DNA of 64,000 nucleotides from Candidatus Rokuibacteriota bacterium (GCA_003220265.1 QHRW01000019.1:1043-65042); one strand, 5' to 3'; counted from the first letter of the stretch, positions 1-8,118 are shown. Numbers and translations: made by a program. The notes: generated by a model not told the origin, from the sequence alone.

Positions 1-354
1 CGAGCACCCGCTGGAAGCGCCGGTTGTCGTCTTCACCGCGCGCTGGCGTCCCTACAGATTGTGCGTCGGGCCGTCACGCCGACCTCGGCGGATCGGACAC
101 GACGGGATGCCCGAACAACTCCCGCGCACACTTCCAGGACATTGGTCTGTCCACAGAGGAGCGAAACAATCGCCGTCATCTCTGCGGACAATCCGGCATG
201 AGATGTCCCAAACCGGCGCGCACATTCTCCCGCCTGCCGCGCGAGGTGGCCTGGGCGCGCCTGTTCACCGGAGGCGTTCGCCATCCCCGGCGAAGAGGGC
301 TGGCAGGACCATCCGCATGGGTCGAGCCGAACGCGAAGAAGGCGCGGGTAATGT

Positions 355-384
355 TTGACGCGTCGCAGGGGGCCGTGCGACACT
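355..384 (+). promoter_or_regulatory. candidate sigma70-type promoter of the cold-shock gene
   Basis: TTGACG (355-360), 18-nt spacer, GACACT (379-384), in a non-coding stretch about 130 nt upstream of the csp ATG. The same TTGACx-N17/18-(G/C)ACACT layout recurs at 6351 and 60500. Confidence 0.35.
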
Positions 385-443
385 GTCCGGCGATCTGGTT
401 TGGACTTGGTTCGGTAGCTCGGTCGATAACACGCCGAGGAACG

Positions 444-480
444 CGCCGCGCGAGACCCAGTTCGCGCGGCGTTTTTGTTT
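444..480 (+). terminator. intrinsic-terminator-like hairpin inside the csp leader
   Basis: Perfect 10-bp stem CGCCGCGCGA/TCGCGCGGCG (444-453/462-471) with an 8-nt loop, followed by TTTTTGTTT (472-480). It ends 31 nt before the csp ATG. Confidence 0.55.
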
Positions 481-511
481 CCGGCTCACACCAAAGGAAG
501 GTCTACGCATC

Positions 512-715
512 ATGGCTCAGGGACGAGTGAAGTGGTTCAACGACGCGAAGGGGTTCGGCTTCATCACGCAGGAGAGCGGTGACGACGTGTTCGTGCACTT
601 CAGCGCCATCGCCGCGCAGGGCTTCAAGAGCCTGGCGGAGGGTGATCAGGTCGAGTTCGACGTCACCCGCGGCCCCAAGGGGCTGCAGGCCGCGAACGTC
701 CGCAAGATCGGCTGA
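512..715 (+). CDS. cspA: cold-shock protein, CspA family
   Basis: 67 aa. RNP1-like KGFGFI and RNP2-like VFVHF motifs ([20 protein letters not shown]...DVFVHFS). AAGGAAGG RBS upstream. Confidence 0.95.
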   Translation: MAQGRVKWFNDAKGFGFITQESGDDVFVHFSAIAAQGFKSLAEGDQVEFDVTRGPKGLQAANVRKIG

Positions 716-729
716 GCCGCCTCAGCCGT

Positions 730-942
730 TCACGCGGGCTGCATCAGCCAGTACACGGTCCCGACCGTTCCGCACATGCGGCAGCGGTCACCGTGACTGC
801 GCCGGAGATGCAGCACGGTACGGATTCGCTGCAAGTAGGCCTCCGTCTCGTGTCGATCCATGCCGGTCTTGGTCTCCATGCAGTCCAGGCACATGGGGCG
901 TTCCAGGATCAGGACGGCCATCAGCGCCGCGCGCTCGGGCAT
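730..942 (-). CDS. small hypothetical protein, zinc-ribbon-like (two CxxC pairs)
   Basis: 70 aa. ATG preceded by GGGGGAGAAG. Contains CLDC and CRMC pairs. Last gene downstream of the phosphorelay operon on the same strand. No family recognised. Confidence 0.5.
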   Translation of the reverse strand: MPERAALMAVLILERPMCLDCMETKTGMDRHETEAYLQRIRTVLHLRRSHGDRCRMCGTVGTVYWLMQPA

Positions 943-1034
943 GTGCTTCTCCCCCGCTGACGATGAAGATCTTCACGACCGCAGTTCCATCGCGGGCAGT
1001 GTAAGCCCGGGCCGGCGGTGCGCAAGGTCTGGGA

Positions 1035-1448
1035 TCAGGTCGGGCGGAGCGACGGCGTGACGCCGCAGAACGCGTCCAGGGCGGCGATGATGCGCTCGGC
1101 GGTGGCGCGCTCCGCCGGCGACGCCTCCGTCTGGTTGCGGGAGCGGCCCACGAGCGCGTGCAGGACGTCGGCCGACGCCAGCAGCGTGTCGACGATGGCG
1201 GGCGTGACGGGACGCCGGCCGCTGCGGAGGTGATCGAGCACCGCTTCCAGGGAGTGCGTGAAGCGGGTGAGCTCGGCGAAGCCCATCATGGCGCTGCCGC
1301 CCTTGAGGCTGTGGGCGCACCGGAAGCTGAGGTTCAGCACCTCGGCGTCGCCGGGCGTGCGGCGCAGTCGCGGCAGCGACGCCTGCAGCTCGCGGACGCG
1401 GTCGTCGCTTTCCTCGAAGAAGAGGTCGAGGAAATCCGCGCGGTCCAT
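1035..1448 (-). CDS. Hpt (histidine phosphotransfer) domain protein
   Basis: 137 aa, taken from an internal ATG of ORF 1035..1811. The ATG overlaps the stop of the upstream receiver gene (ATGA). Hpt signature FRCAHSLKGGSAMMGF. Confidence 0.85.
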   Translation of the reverse strand: MDRADFLDLFFEESDDRVRELQASLPRLRRTPGDAEVLNLSFRCAHSLKGGSAMMGFAELTRFTHSLEAVLDHLRSGRRPVTPAIVDTLLASADVLHALVGRSRNQTEASPAERATAERIIAALDAFCGVTPSLRPT

Positions 1449-1843
1449 CAGTGCCGCAGGGCCTTGTCGAGCTCGTTCGCCAAGTGCTGGAGGTAGCGCT
1501 CGGCCTTCACGAGGTAGCCGGCCGCGCCGGCGGCGAGCGCCCGCCGCACGTCGTCTTCCTGGCCCAGGCTGCTCAGCACGATCACCGGCACCGACGCCGT
1601 CTTCGGATTCTGCTTCAGCCGGCGCAGCACCTCGAAGCCCTGCACCTTCGGCATGATCAGGTCCAGGAGCACGACGTCGGGCGCCGAGGTAAGCACCTGC
1701 TGGAGCGCAGCCTCGCCGTCTTCGGCGGTGAGCACGGTGAACCCCTGGCGCTTGAGCGCGATCTCGGCGGTCCGCCGGATGAAGCGGTCGTCCTCGGCGA
1801 TCAGCACGCACGGCTGCCGACGCTCGGGGGGCACGGCGCTCAC
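1448..1843 (-). CDS. single-domain response regulator (CheY-like receiver)
   Basis: 131 aa. VLIAEDD, DVVLLDLIMP (phospho-Asp) and a conserved Lys in GYLVK. The GTG start overlaps the upstream stop (GTGA). Confidence 0.9.
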   Translation of the reverse strand: MSAVPPERRQPCVLIAEDDRFIRRTAEIALKRQGFTVLTAEDGEAALQQVLTSAPDVVLLDLIMPKVQGFEVLRRLKQNPKTASVPVIVLSSLGQEDDVRRALAAGAAGYLVKAERYLQHLANELDKALRH

Positions 1844-2658
1844 GCTTGCACCCGCCGGACGGCCAGGGCCGTTTCGAGCGTCTGCTGCAGGCGCACGAAG
1901 TCGATCGGCTTGGTGACGTAGTCGAAGGCGCCGTGGGCCCTGGCCAGCGCGGCCAGGGACGTATCGGCGCTGCCGCTGATGATCACGATGGCGGCCTCCG
2001 GTGCCAGGGCGCGCACGCTCGGCAGCGCGGCGATTCCGCTCAGCCCCGGCATCTCCAGGTCGAGCAACACGAGGTCGACGGTCGCCTGCCCCAGGCGGCG
2101 CAGGCCCGTGACGGCGTCCGGGGCGGTCTGCACGTCGTAGCCCAGCGGCTGCAGGAAATCCAGGAGGAGCTGACGGACACTGTCCTCGTCGTCGACGATC
2201 AGCACCGACGCCCGCTCGGCGGCGACCGCCACCGGCGCCGGCGCCCGCGTTTCCGGTGGCGGCGGGGCCTGCACCGGCGCCACCGTTCCGCCGGCCGCCA
2301 CGAGCGTCAGCGCGGCGGCGAGCGCCGGCAGCGCCACCGGCTTCATGAACACCGCCGCCGCGCCGTGCTCGACGATACGCCGGTGCAGCTCGATGTCCTC
2401 GTCACCGGTGACGACGGCGATCACGATCGAGGGATCGAAGGACCGGATGCGCCGCAGGGCGTCCACGCCGCCCAGCCGCGGCATGTGGACGTCCAGCACG
2501 ACCGCGGCCGGACGCGCGCGCTTGACGTGCAGCAGGGCCTCGAGGCCGTTCTGCGCCTCGAGGACGGCGAAGCCGCAGCCCTCGAGGTACTCGTGCAGCA
2601 GCCGTCGCACCTCCGGATCGTCGTCGGCGACGACGACGCTACGTGACTCGCCAGCCAT
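1840..2658 (-). CDS. response regulator with two tandem receiver domains (REC-REC)
   Basis: 272 aa. Two receiver modules (VVVADDD...VVLDVHMP and VLIVDDE...LVLLDLEMP...YVTKP) joined by an Ala/Pro linker. Confidence 0.9.
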   Translation of the reverse strand: MAGESRSVVVADDDPEVRRLLHEYLEGCGFAVLEAQNGLEALLHVKRARPAAVVLDVHMPRLGGVDALRRIRSFDPSIVIAVVTGDEDIELHRRIVEHGAAAVFMKPVALPALAAALTLVAAGGTVAPVQAPPPPETRAPAPVAVAAERASVLIVDDEDSVRQLLLDFLQPLGYDVQTAPDAVTGLRRLGQATVDLVLLDLEMPGLSGIAALPSVRALAPEAAIVIISGSADTSLAALARAHGAFDYVTKPIDFVRLQQTLETALAVRRVQA

Positions 2659-3232
2659 GCTGTCGTTGCTCCTCGAGAGCGCGCTGGACGGCCGGCCGCG
2701 CCACGGTCTCGTAGCAGTGCTGGCAGATTCCGTGGGTGAGCTGGCGCGACGTCTCTCGCTTGAGGAATTCCTCGACGCGCACCCAATCCTGGGCGCCGTC
2801 GCGGATCTTCTTGCAGTACATGCAGATGGGCAGCAGCTGCTCGAGATGCTGCACGTGGCGCCGCAGCCCCACGATGCGCTCGGCCACGCGCAGCCGCGCC
2901 GCGATCAGGTCGGGCTCGAACGGCTTCGTGAGGAAGTCGTCCACGCCGGCGTCGATCGCCATCAGGTAGTGCGAGCGTTGGTCCAGCGCGGTGAGCAGGA
3001 TGACGTAGGTGTACTCGCGCGAGGCCTCGGCGCGGATACGGCGACAGAGCTCGAGGCCGTCCACGTCCGGCATGATCCAATCGCTCACGACCACGTGCAC
3101 CGGCGAGCCGGTCAGGTGGGCCCACGCCTCGACGCCGCTGCTCGCCACGCTGACGTCGTGGCCGAGCTCCTGCACCATCGTCTTCACGAGCAGGCGCACC
3201 ACGGCGTCGTCGTCCACCACGAGGACGTTCAT
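2639..3232 (-). CDS. response regulator: receiver domain plus C-terminal four-Cys module
   Basis: 197 aa. Receiver (VLVVDDD...VVVSDWIMP...FLTKP) followed by LPICMYCKKIRDGAQDWVRVEEFLKRETSRQLTHGICQHCYE. ATGA overlap with the kinase gene. Confidence 0.88.
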   Translation of the reverse strand: MNVLVVDDDAVVRLLVKTMVQELGHDVSVASSGVEAWAHLTGSPVHVVVSDWIMPDVDGLELCRRIRAEASREYTYVILLTALDQRSHYLMAIDAGVDDFLTKPFEPDLIAARLRVAERIVGLRRHVQHLEQLLPICMYCKKIRDGAQDWVRVEEFLKRETSRQLTHGICQHCYETVARPAVQRALEEQRQHGWRVT

Positions 3233-4332
3233 GCCACGTGTCCGTTCACGGGCAGGCTGAACACGAAGCGGCAGCCCTCCTCGGTGTCGTCGAGCCAGAT
3301 CCGGCCCTGGTGGGCCTCCACCAGGCGGCGACAGATCACGAGGCCCAGGCCGGTGCCGGGCGTGCTGGCGTGCCGGCCCGAGGTCGTCTGGCTGAAGGGC
3401 TCGAAGAGGAACTGGCGCTCCTCGGGCGGCACCCCCGGCCCGCTGTCGCGGACGGCGATGGTGACGGCCTCGGCGTCGCCGTCGAGCTCGACCCGGATGG
3501 CGCCCTCGGGCGGGGTGAACTTCAGCGCGTTCGTCAGCAGGTTCATGATGACCTGCTCGAGCCGCGCGGCATCGCCGAGGACGGTGCGCGGCGCGTCCAC
3601 GCCCCGGGCCGTCAGCTCGATGGAGCGCTGGCGCGCGGCCGGCTGGAACGCCTCCACCACGTCGGTCACCATCCGGCGGAGATCGACCGGCACCCGCTCG
3701 ATCGTCAGCTTGCCCACCTCGAACTTCGACACGTCGAGGATCTGGCGGATGAGCCCCAGCATGCGCTTGGCCGAGTCGTCGATGGCGGTGGCGTAGCGCA
3801 TCAGCGTGGCGTCGGCCTGCGACCCCAGGCGGCCCTTGAGGAGCTGCGTATAGCCGTCGATGACGGTGAGCGGCGCCCGCAGGTCGTGCACGAGCATCGA
3901 GGTGAAGTTGGCGCGCAGCGTCTGCAGCTCTCGCAGCAGGCGGTTGCGCTCGATGGCCCCGCGGACGCGGATGCTGACGCGATGGGCGTCGATCGGCTTG
4001 GTGAGATAGTCCACCGCGCCGGCGCGCAGCGCGCGGTCCATCGCCCCCAGGTTGTCCTCCGTCGCCGTGAGGATGATGACGGGGATCTCGCGCGTGCGGG
4101 GATTGCTCTCCAGGCGCTCGAGCACCTCGAAGCCGGTCATGCCCGGCATCGAGATGTCGAGCAGGATGCAGTCGGGGCGGGCGGCGCTGGCCAGCGCGAG
4201 GCCGCTCTCGCCGTCGTCGGCCTCCAGCACCCGGTGCTCGGCGTCGAACAGATAGCGGATGAGCAGACGATTTTCCGAGCGGTCGTCGATGACCAGAATG
4301 GTGCTGCGAGGCTCACCCGACTCGCTCGACAC
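3229..4332 (-). CDS. hybrid sensor histidine kinase (N-terminal receiver, HisKA, HATPase_c)
   Basis: Receiver (ILVIDD...ILLDISMP...YLTKP), H-box SMLVHDLRAPL, and ATPase N/G boxes (LLTNALKF, DSGPGVP, GTGLGL). Start set at GTG 4332, which follows GGAG. The open frame extends to 4485, so the start is uncertain. Confidence 0.85.
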   Translation of the reverse strand: MSSESGEPRSTILVIDDRSENRLLIRYLFDAEHRVLEADDGESGLALASAARPDCILLDISMPGMTGFEVLERLESNPRTREIPVIILTATEDNLGAMDRALRAGAVDYLTKPIDAHRVSIRVRGAIERNRLLRELQTLRANFTSMLVHDLRAPLTVIDGYTQLLKGRLGSQADATLMRYATAIDDSAKRMLGLIRQILDVSKFEVGKLTIERVPVDLRRMVTDVVEAFQPAARQRSIELTARGVDAPRTVLGDAARLEQVIMNLLTNALKFTPPEGAIRVELDGDAEAVTIAVRDSGPGVPPEERQFLFEPFSQTTSGRHASTPGTGLGLVICRRLVEAHQGRIWLDDTEEGCRFVFSLPVNGHVA

Positions 4333-4647
4333 GTTCGCACTCCAGGGGGTTGGCGAGGCGCACCGGTCCGAAGTGGACCGATGCCAATGTAACAATCCGC
4401 GGGGCGCGTTCTCGACGAAAAAACACGCTCCGCCGATCACTTGCAGCACGCGCGCGTGCTCCCTGACACGACGACCGCCGCCCATTGTGGGGGCGCGCGA
4501 CGTCGCGCTCTAGCGCTGGCGCGCGCGCCTCTGCCGCGCTTGTGTGCATCGGGGTTCTCCCCACACGCTGCGACGAGCACCTAATCGCCGCGCGACCTCC
4601 TCGTCAAGCGTCGTCGACGAATGCGCACCATGTTGCAGGACGGCCGG

Positions 4648-4663
4648 CGGCACGGAAGATGCT
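4648..4663 (+). promoter_or_regulatory. sigma54-type promoter motif upstream of the receiver gene at 4759
   Basis: cGGCACGgaagaTGCt. GG (4649-4650) and GC (4661-4662) have exact -24/-12 spacing. Intergenic, correct orientation, about 95 nt before the GTG start. Confidence 0.4.
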
Positions 4664-4758
4664 AGTCGTCCCTCGGGGCTCGCATTCTGCCTTCAGGGGA
4701 GGGCACCGTTATCGCACAGGCCGATAAGCGCCACGACACGCGGCCACGCGGCCGGATA

Positions 4759-5193
4759 GTGCGCCCTCCTGCACGACCGCGGCGCGCCGCCAAGTCCCAG
4801 GAGCGGCCGCACGCCCGCGCCCACGGTCTCGTCCTGATCGTGGATGACACCGCGGACACGCGCGAGATGTACTCGCAGTACCTGACGAGCCGGGGGTTCA
4901 CGGTCCTGACCGCGCGCGACGGGGCGTTCGGCGTGGACGCGGCGCGGCGGCACCGGCCCGACGTGATCGTCATGGACCTGGCGATGCCCAACGTGGACGG
5001 CATCACCGCGACCCTGCAGCTCAAGGGCGACACGGAAACCCGCCGCATGCCGATCCTGATCTTGACCGGCTATCCCATGCAGGCCATCGACCAGGGCGCG
5101 CTGGAGGCGGGCGCCGATGTCTTCCTCACGAAGCCCTGCCTTCCCGAGGACCTCGAACAGCACGTTCAGCGGCTGATGGAGCGCGCCGCCTAG
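4759..5193 (+). CDS. single-domain response regulator (CheY-like receiver)
   Basis: 144 aa. LVLIVDD, DVIVMDLAMP, FLTKP. GTG is the only canonical start in the open frame and the RBS is weak. Confidence 0.85.
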   Translation: MRPPARPRRAAKSQERPHARAHGLVLIVDDTADTREMYSQYLTSRGFTVLTARDGAFGVDAARRHRPDVIVMDLAMPNVDGITATLQLKGDTETRRMPILILTGYPMQAIDQGALEAGADVFLTKPCLPEDLEQHVQRLMERAA

Positions 5194-5224
5194 CACCACG
5201 AATCAGGCGAAACGGAGTGCCGGT

Positions 5225-5542
5225 CTACTCTCCGTAGACGATGGTCGTGTACTTGGCGTAGATGCCGAGGAAGCTATCCGTCTCGTGGTCGACATGGTGG
5301 ATCCGCGTGATCCCGCCATTCTTCATCGCCGCCGATATGCTGGCGTCGCCTGTCGCGTACGCGAGGATGCCCCACGCCTCTGCCCTGCCGACCTTGGAGC
5401 TACCGGCCGCCGGGCCGGCGGAGATCGGGCCCTTCATGTCGACCGTCACGCGCGCGGTGACCGGGCCGTGACCTACGGCGGTGCAGCCCGTGAAGGCCAT
5501 GCAAACGAGTGCAATCACCAGTGGGCGTGCGAATGTCGTCAT
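5225..5542 (-). CDS. TRL-like lipoprotein
   Basis: 105 aa from an internal ATG with a GGGAGGA RBS. Lipobox-like AFTGC. C-terminal GDASISAAMKNGGITRIHHVDHETDSFLGIYAKYTTIVYGE resembles the TRL domain family (recalled). Confidence 0.7.
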   Translation of the reverse strand: MTTFARPLVIALVCMAFTGCTAVGHGPVTARVTVDMKGPISAGPAAGSSKVGRAEAWGILAYATGDASISAAMKNGGITRIHHVDHETDSFLGIYAKYTTIVYGE

Positions 5543-5641
5543 CGTTCCTCCCTTTCTTTCTCTCATGTCGATCCGCAGACGCCCCGTTTCGCCTGATCCT
5601 TCGTCTGGTTCTACCGTACCAGCGCCGGGGCATAACCTCGC

Positions 5642-5657
5642 TGGCATTTCGATTGCC
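5642..5657 (+). promoter_or_regulatory. sigma54-type promoter (-24/-12) for the secreted repeat protein gene
   Basis: TGGCATttcgaTTGCc, a near-consensus match to TGGCAC-N5-TTGCW. It lies 32 nt upstream of the ATG at 5689, with an AAGGAGG RBS in between. Confidence 0.55.
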
Positions 5658-5688
5658 CCGCAGCGACCCGACCCAAAGGAGGTGCCCG

Positions 5689-6273
5689 ATGCAGAAGATC
5701 CTCGTCGCAATCGTCGCGATCGCCCTCGGCCTGGCCCTGGCCGGCCCCGCCGCCGCGCAATCGCAGAACGTTCACGGGCAGGTGCAATCCGTTCAGGGCA
5801 CGCAACTGACCTTCAGGTCGGACGATGGCCGCGTGCTGACCGTGGACATGACCGCCGTCGGCCAGGAGATCCAGCAAGCCCTGGCGCCCGGCATGGGTGT
5901 GACCATTACCGGCTCGGCGGGAGCCAGCCCCACGCAGATGACGGCGCAGTACATCCAGCAGGACTCGAGCGATCCGTCGCGAGGCGGCACGATCGTCGGT
6001 CAGCCGACCGCCCAGCCCTCGGCAGACTGGCAGAAGGTGCATGGCACCGTGCAATCCGTCTCCGGCACCACGCTGATGATGAAGGCCGACGACGGCCGCG
6101 AGCTCACCGTGGACATGAGCGCGGTCGGTCAGAACATCCAGCAGGCGTTGCAGCAGGGCATGGGCGTCACGCTGGCCGGCTTCGCCGGCGCGGCGGCCAA
6201 TCAGTTCACGGCGCAGTTCATCCAGCAGGACTCGAGCGCGGGCGCACCCGCGGCCTCACCGACCACGAAGTAG
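5689..6273 (+). CDS. secreted protein made of two tandem ~67-aa beta-rich modules
   Basis: 194 aa from an internal ATG with an AAGGAGG RBS. Signal peptide MQKILVAIVAIALGLALAGPAAA. Two near-identical modules run VHGxVQSV...DDGRxLTVDM.AVGQ.IQQAL..GMGVT..G...A.Q.TAQ(Y/F)IQQDSS. Confidence 0.8.
   Translation: MQKILVAIVAIALGLALAGPAAAQSQNVHGQVQSVQGTQLTFRSDDGRVLTVDMTAVGQEIQQALAPGMGVTITGSAGASPTQMTAQYIQQDSSDPSRGGTIVGQPTAQPSADWQKVHGTVQSVSGTTLMMKADDGRELTVDMSAVGQNIQQALQQGMGVTLAGFAGAAANQFTAQFIQQDSSAGAPAASPTTK
5770..6237 (+). repeat. internal gene duplication (two ~201-nt coding modules separated by a 66-nt linker)
   Basis: Modules at about 5770-5970 and 6037-6237 encode colinear sequences of 67 aa each (see CDS 5689..6273). 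Confidence 0.8.
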
Positions 6274-6292
6274 TCGCAACGCATCCGAACGC

Positions 6293-6324
6293 GACGGCGC
6301 GACCCCTCGGTGGGTCGCGCCGTC
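6293..6324 (+). terminator. GC-rich hairpin after the secreted repeat protein gene
   Basis: Perfect 13-bp stem GACGGCGCGACCC/GGGTCGCGCCGTC with a 6-nt loop, 20 nt after the stop. There is no U-tract. Confidence 0.5.
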
Positions 6325-6350
6325 CACGTCCCGGCCCGTCAAGCGCCTAG

Positions 6351-6379
6351 TTGACAAGGCCCCCGCGGCCCCCGACACT
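6351..6379 (+). promoter_or_regulatory. candidate sigma70-type promoter for the ABC substrate-binding protein gene
   Basis: TTGACA (6351-6356), 17 nt, GACACT (6374-6379). The ATG at 6413 is preceded by GGGAGG. Confidence 0.4.
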
Positions 6380-6412
6380 GTCGCCGCCCTGCAGGGCGAC
6401 GGGAGGCCTAGC

Positions 6413-8095
6413 ATGCGGAACGCCGACGAGCACGTCCTCATCCCCACCCTCAAGCGCCAGCTCGTGGATCGGCAGATCGACCGCCGCGAGTTCCTCCGCT
6501 ACGCCGCCCTGCTCGGCATGTCGGTGCCGGTCGCCGACGCGTTCGTGCGCAAGGTCACCGGGCAGTCGCTGGTGGCGCCGGCGGCGGCGCAGAGCCTGCC
6601 CAAGGGCGGCACCCTTCGCCTCGGCATGCGCTGCCAGGACCTCAAGAGCCCGCACACGTACTCCTGGATCGAATCCGCGAACACTGCGCGGCAGGTGCTC
6701 GACTACCTGGCGGTCACCGGCGTGGACAACGTCACCCGGCCCGGTCTCCTCGAGAAGTGGGAAGCAAGTCCCGACCTCAAGACATGGACGCTGCGGCTGC
6801 GCCGCAACGTGAAGTGGCACAACGGCCGGCAGTTCACGGCCGACGACGTGGTCTGGAATCTCAAGCGCGTGCTGGACCCCAAGACCGGCTCCTCCACCGT
6901 CGGCTTGATGAAGGGCTTCCTGCTCGAGGAATTCGAGACGGGCGACAAGGACGACAAGGGCAACGCCAAGAAGTCGGTGCGGCTCTGGGACGCCAACGCC
7001 ATCCAGAAGGTCGACGCCTACACGGTGCGCCTCAACGGCAAGACGGCCCAGCTCGCCGTGCCCGAGCAGCTCTTCCACTATCCCCTGCTGATCATGGATC
7101 CCGCCGAGAACGGCGAGTTCAAGGTCGGCTCGAACGGCACCGGCGCCTTCACGCTGGTGGAGAGCGAGGTCGGCCGGCGCAACGTGCTCAAGGCGCGCAA
7201 GGAACCGTACTGGGGCGGCGGGCCCTACCTGGACGAGCTGCAGTTCATCGACCTCGGCGACGACCCGGCGGCGGCCGTGGCCGCCCTCGCCGGCAAGCAG
7301 GTGGACGGCCTCTACGCCGCCGACATCGTCCAGCTCGACGCGCTCCAGAAGATTCCGCACGTGCAGATGTACCAGGTGGCCACCGCCTACACGGCCACCG
7401 CGCGCGTGCAACCGGTGAAGCCGTTCGACGACAAGCGCGTGCGCCAGGCGCTGCGCTACGCGATCGACTCGAACACCATCCTCCAGATCGCGCACAAGGG
7501 CCTCGGGCAGGCGGGCGAGCACCACCACGTGAGCCCGGTGCATCCGGAGTACGCGAAGCTGCCCGCCTTCCCGCGCGACGTCGCGAAGGCCAAGCGCTTG
7601 CTGGCCGAGGCCGGCTATCCCGGCGGCATCGACGTGGAGATCGCCTGCAAGCCGTCGCCGCCGTGGGAGCTGATCGCCGTGCAGGCCATGGTGGAGCAAT
7701 GGAAGGAGGCCGGCATCCGCGTGAAGATGAACGTGATGCCGTCCACGCAGTACTGGGAGGTGTGGACCAAGACGCCGTTCGGCTTCACGACGTGGGCGCA
7801 TCGCCCGCTCGGCGTGATGAGCCTCGCCCTCGCCTATCGCACGGGCGTGCCCTGGAACGAGTCGAAGTATTCCAATCCCGAGTTCGATCGCCTGCTCACG
7901 CTGGCGGAGGGCACCATCGACGTGGTCGCGCGGCGCGAGATCATGGGGCAGCTCGAGCGGATCCTCCAGGACGACGGCCCGATCGTGCAGCCGGTGTGGC
8001 GCGCCGTCTTCACCTTCCACGACAAGCGCGTGCAGGGCTTCAAGGCGCACCCCGCGCTCTACATCTTCGCCCACCAGCTCGCGATCAGCACGTAG
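6413..8095 (+). CDS. ABC transporter substrate-binding protein, family 5 (DppA/OppA-like), Tat-exported
   Basis: 560 aa. Twin-arginine signal DRREFLRYAALLGM. Overall peptide/opine-type SBP architecture. Confidence 0.88.
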   Translation: MRNADEHVLIPTLKRQLVDRQIDRREFLRYAALLGMSVPVADAFVRKVTGQSLVAPAAAQSLPKGGTLRLGMRCQDLKSPHTYSWIESANTARQVLDYLAVTGVDNVTRPGLLEKWEASPDLKTWTLRLRRNVKWHNGRQFTADDVVWNLKRVLDPKTGSSTVGLMKGFLLEEFETGDKDDKGNAKKSVRLWDANAIQKVDAYTVRLNGKTAQLAVPEQLFHYPLLIMDPAENGEFKVGSNGTGAFTLVESEVGRRNVLKARKEPYWGGGPYLDELQFIDLGDDPAAAVAALAGKQVDGLYAADIVQLDALQKIPHVQMYQVATAYTATARVQPVKPFDDKRVRQALRYAIDSNTILQIAHKGLGQAGEHHHVSPVHPEYAKLPAFPRDVAKAKRLLAEAGYPGGIDVEIACKPSPPWELIAVQAMVEQWKEAGIRVKMNVMPSTQYWEVWTKTPFGFTTWAHRPLGVMSLALAYRTGVPWNESKYSNPEFDRLLTLAEGTIDVVARREIMGQLERILQDDGPIVQPVWRAVFTFHDKRVQGFKAHPALYIFAHQLAIST

Positions 8096-8118
8096 GCGGC
8101 TCGGGCGCCGCCGCGCCC

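Noticed and set aside
24-530. ORFs 24..530, 59..358 (+) and 33..383, 265..513 (-) upstream of the cold-shock gene
   Set aside because: They have no RBS, no recognisable motifs and low-complexity Arg/Ser/Pro-rich translations. They also cross a strong terminator hairpin and the csp RBS. I treat the region as non-coding leader, possibly an sRNA.
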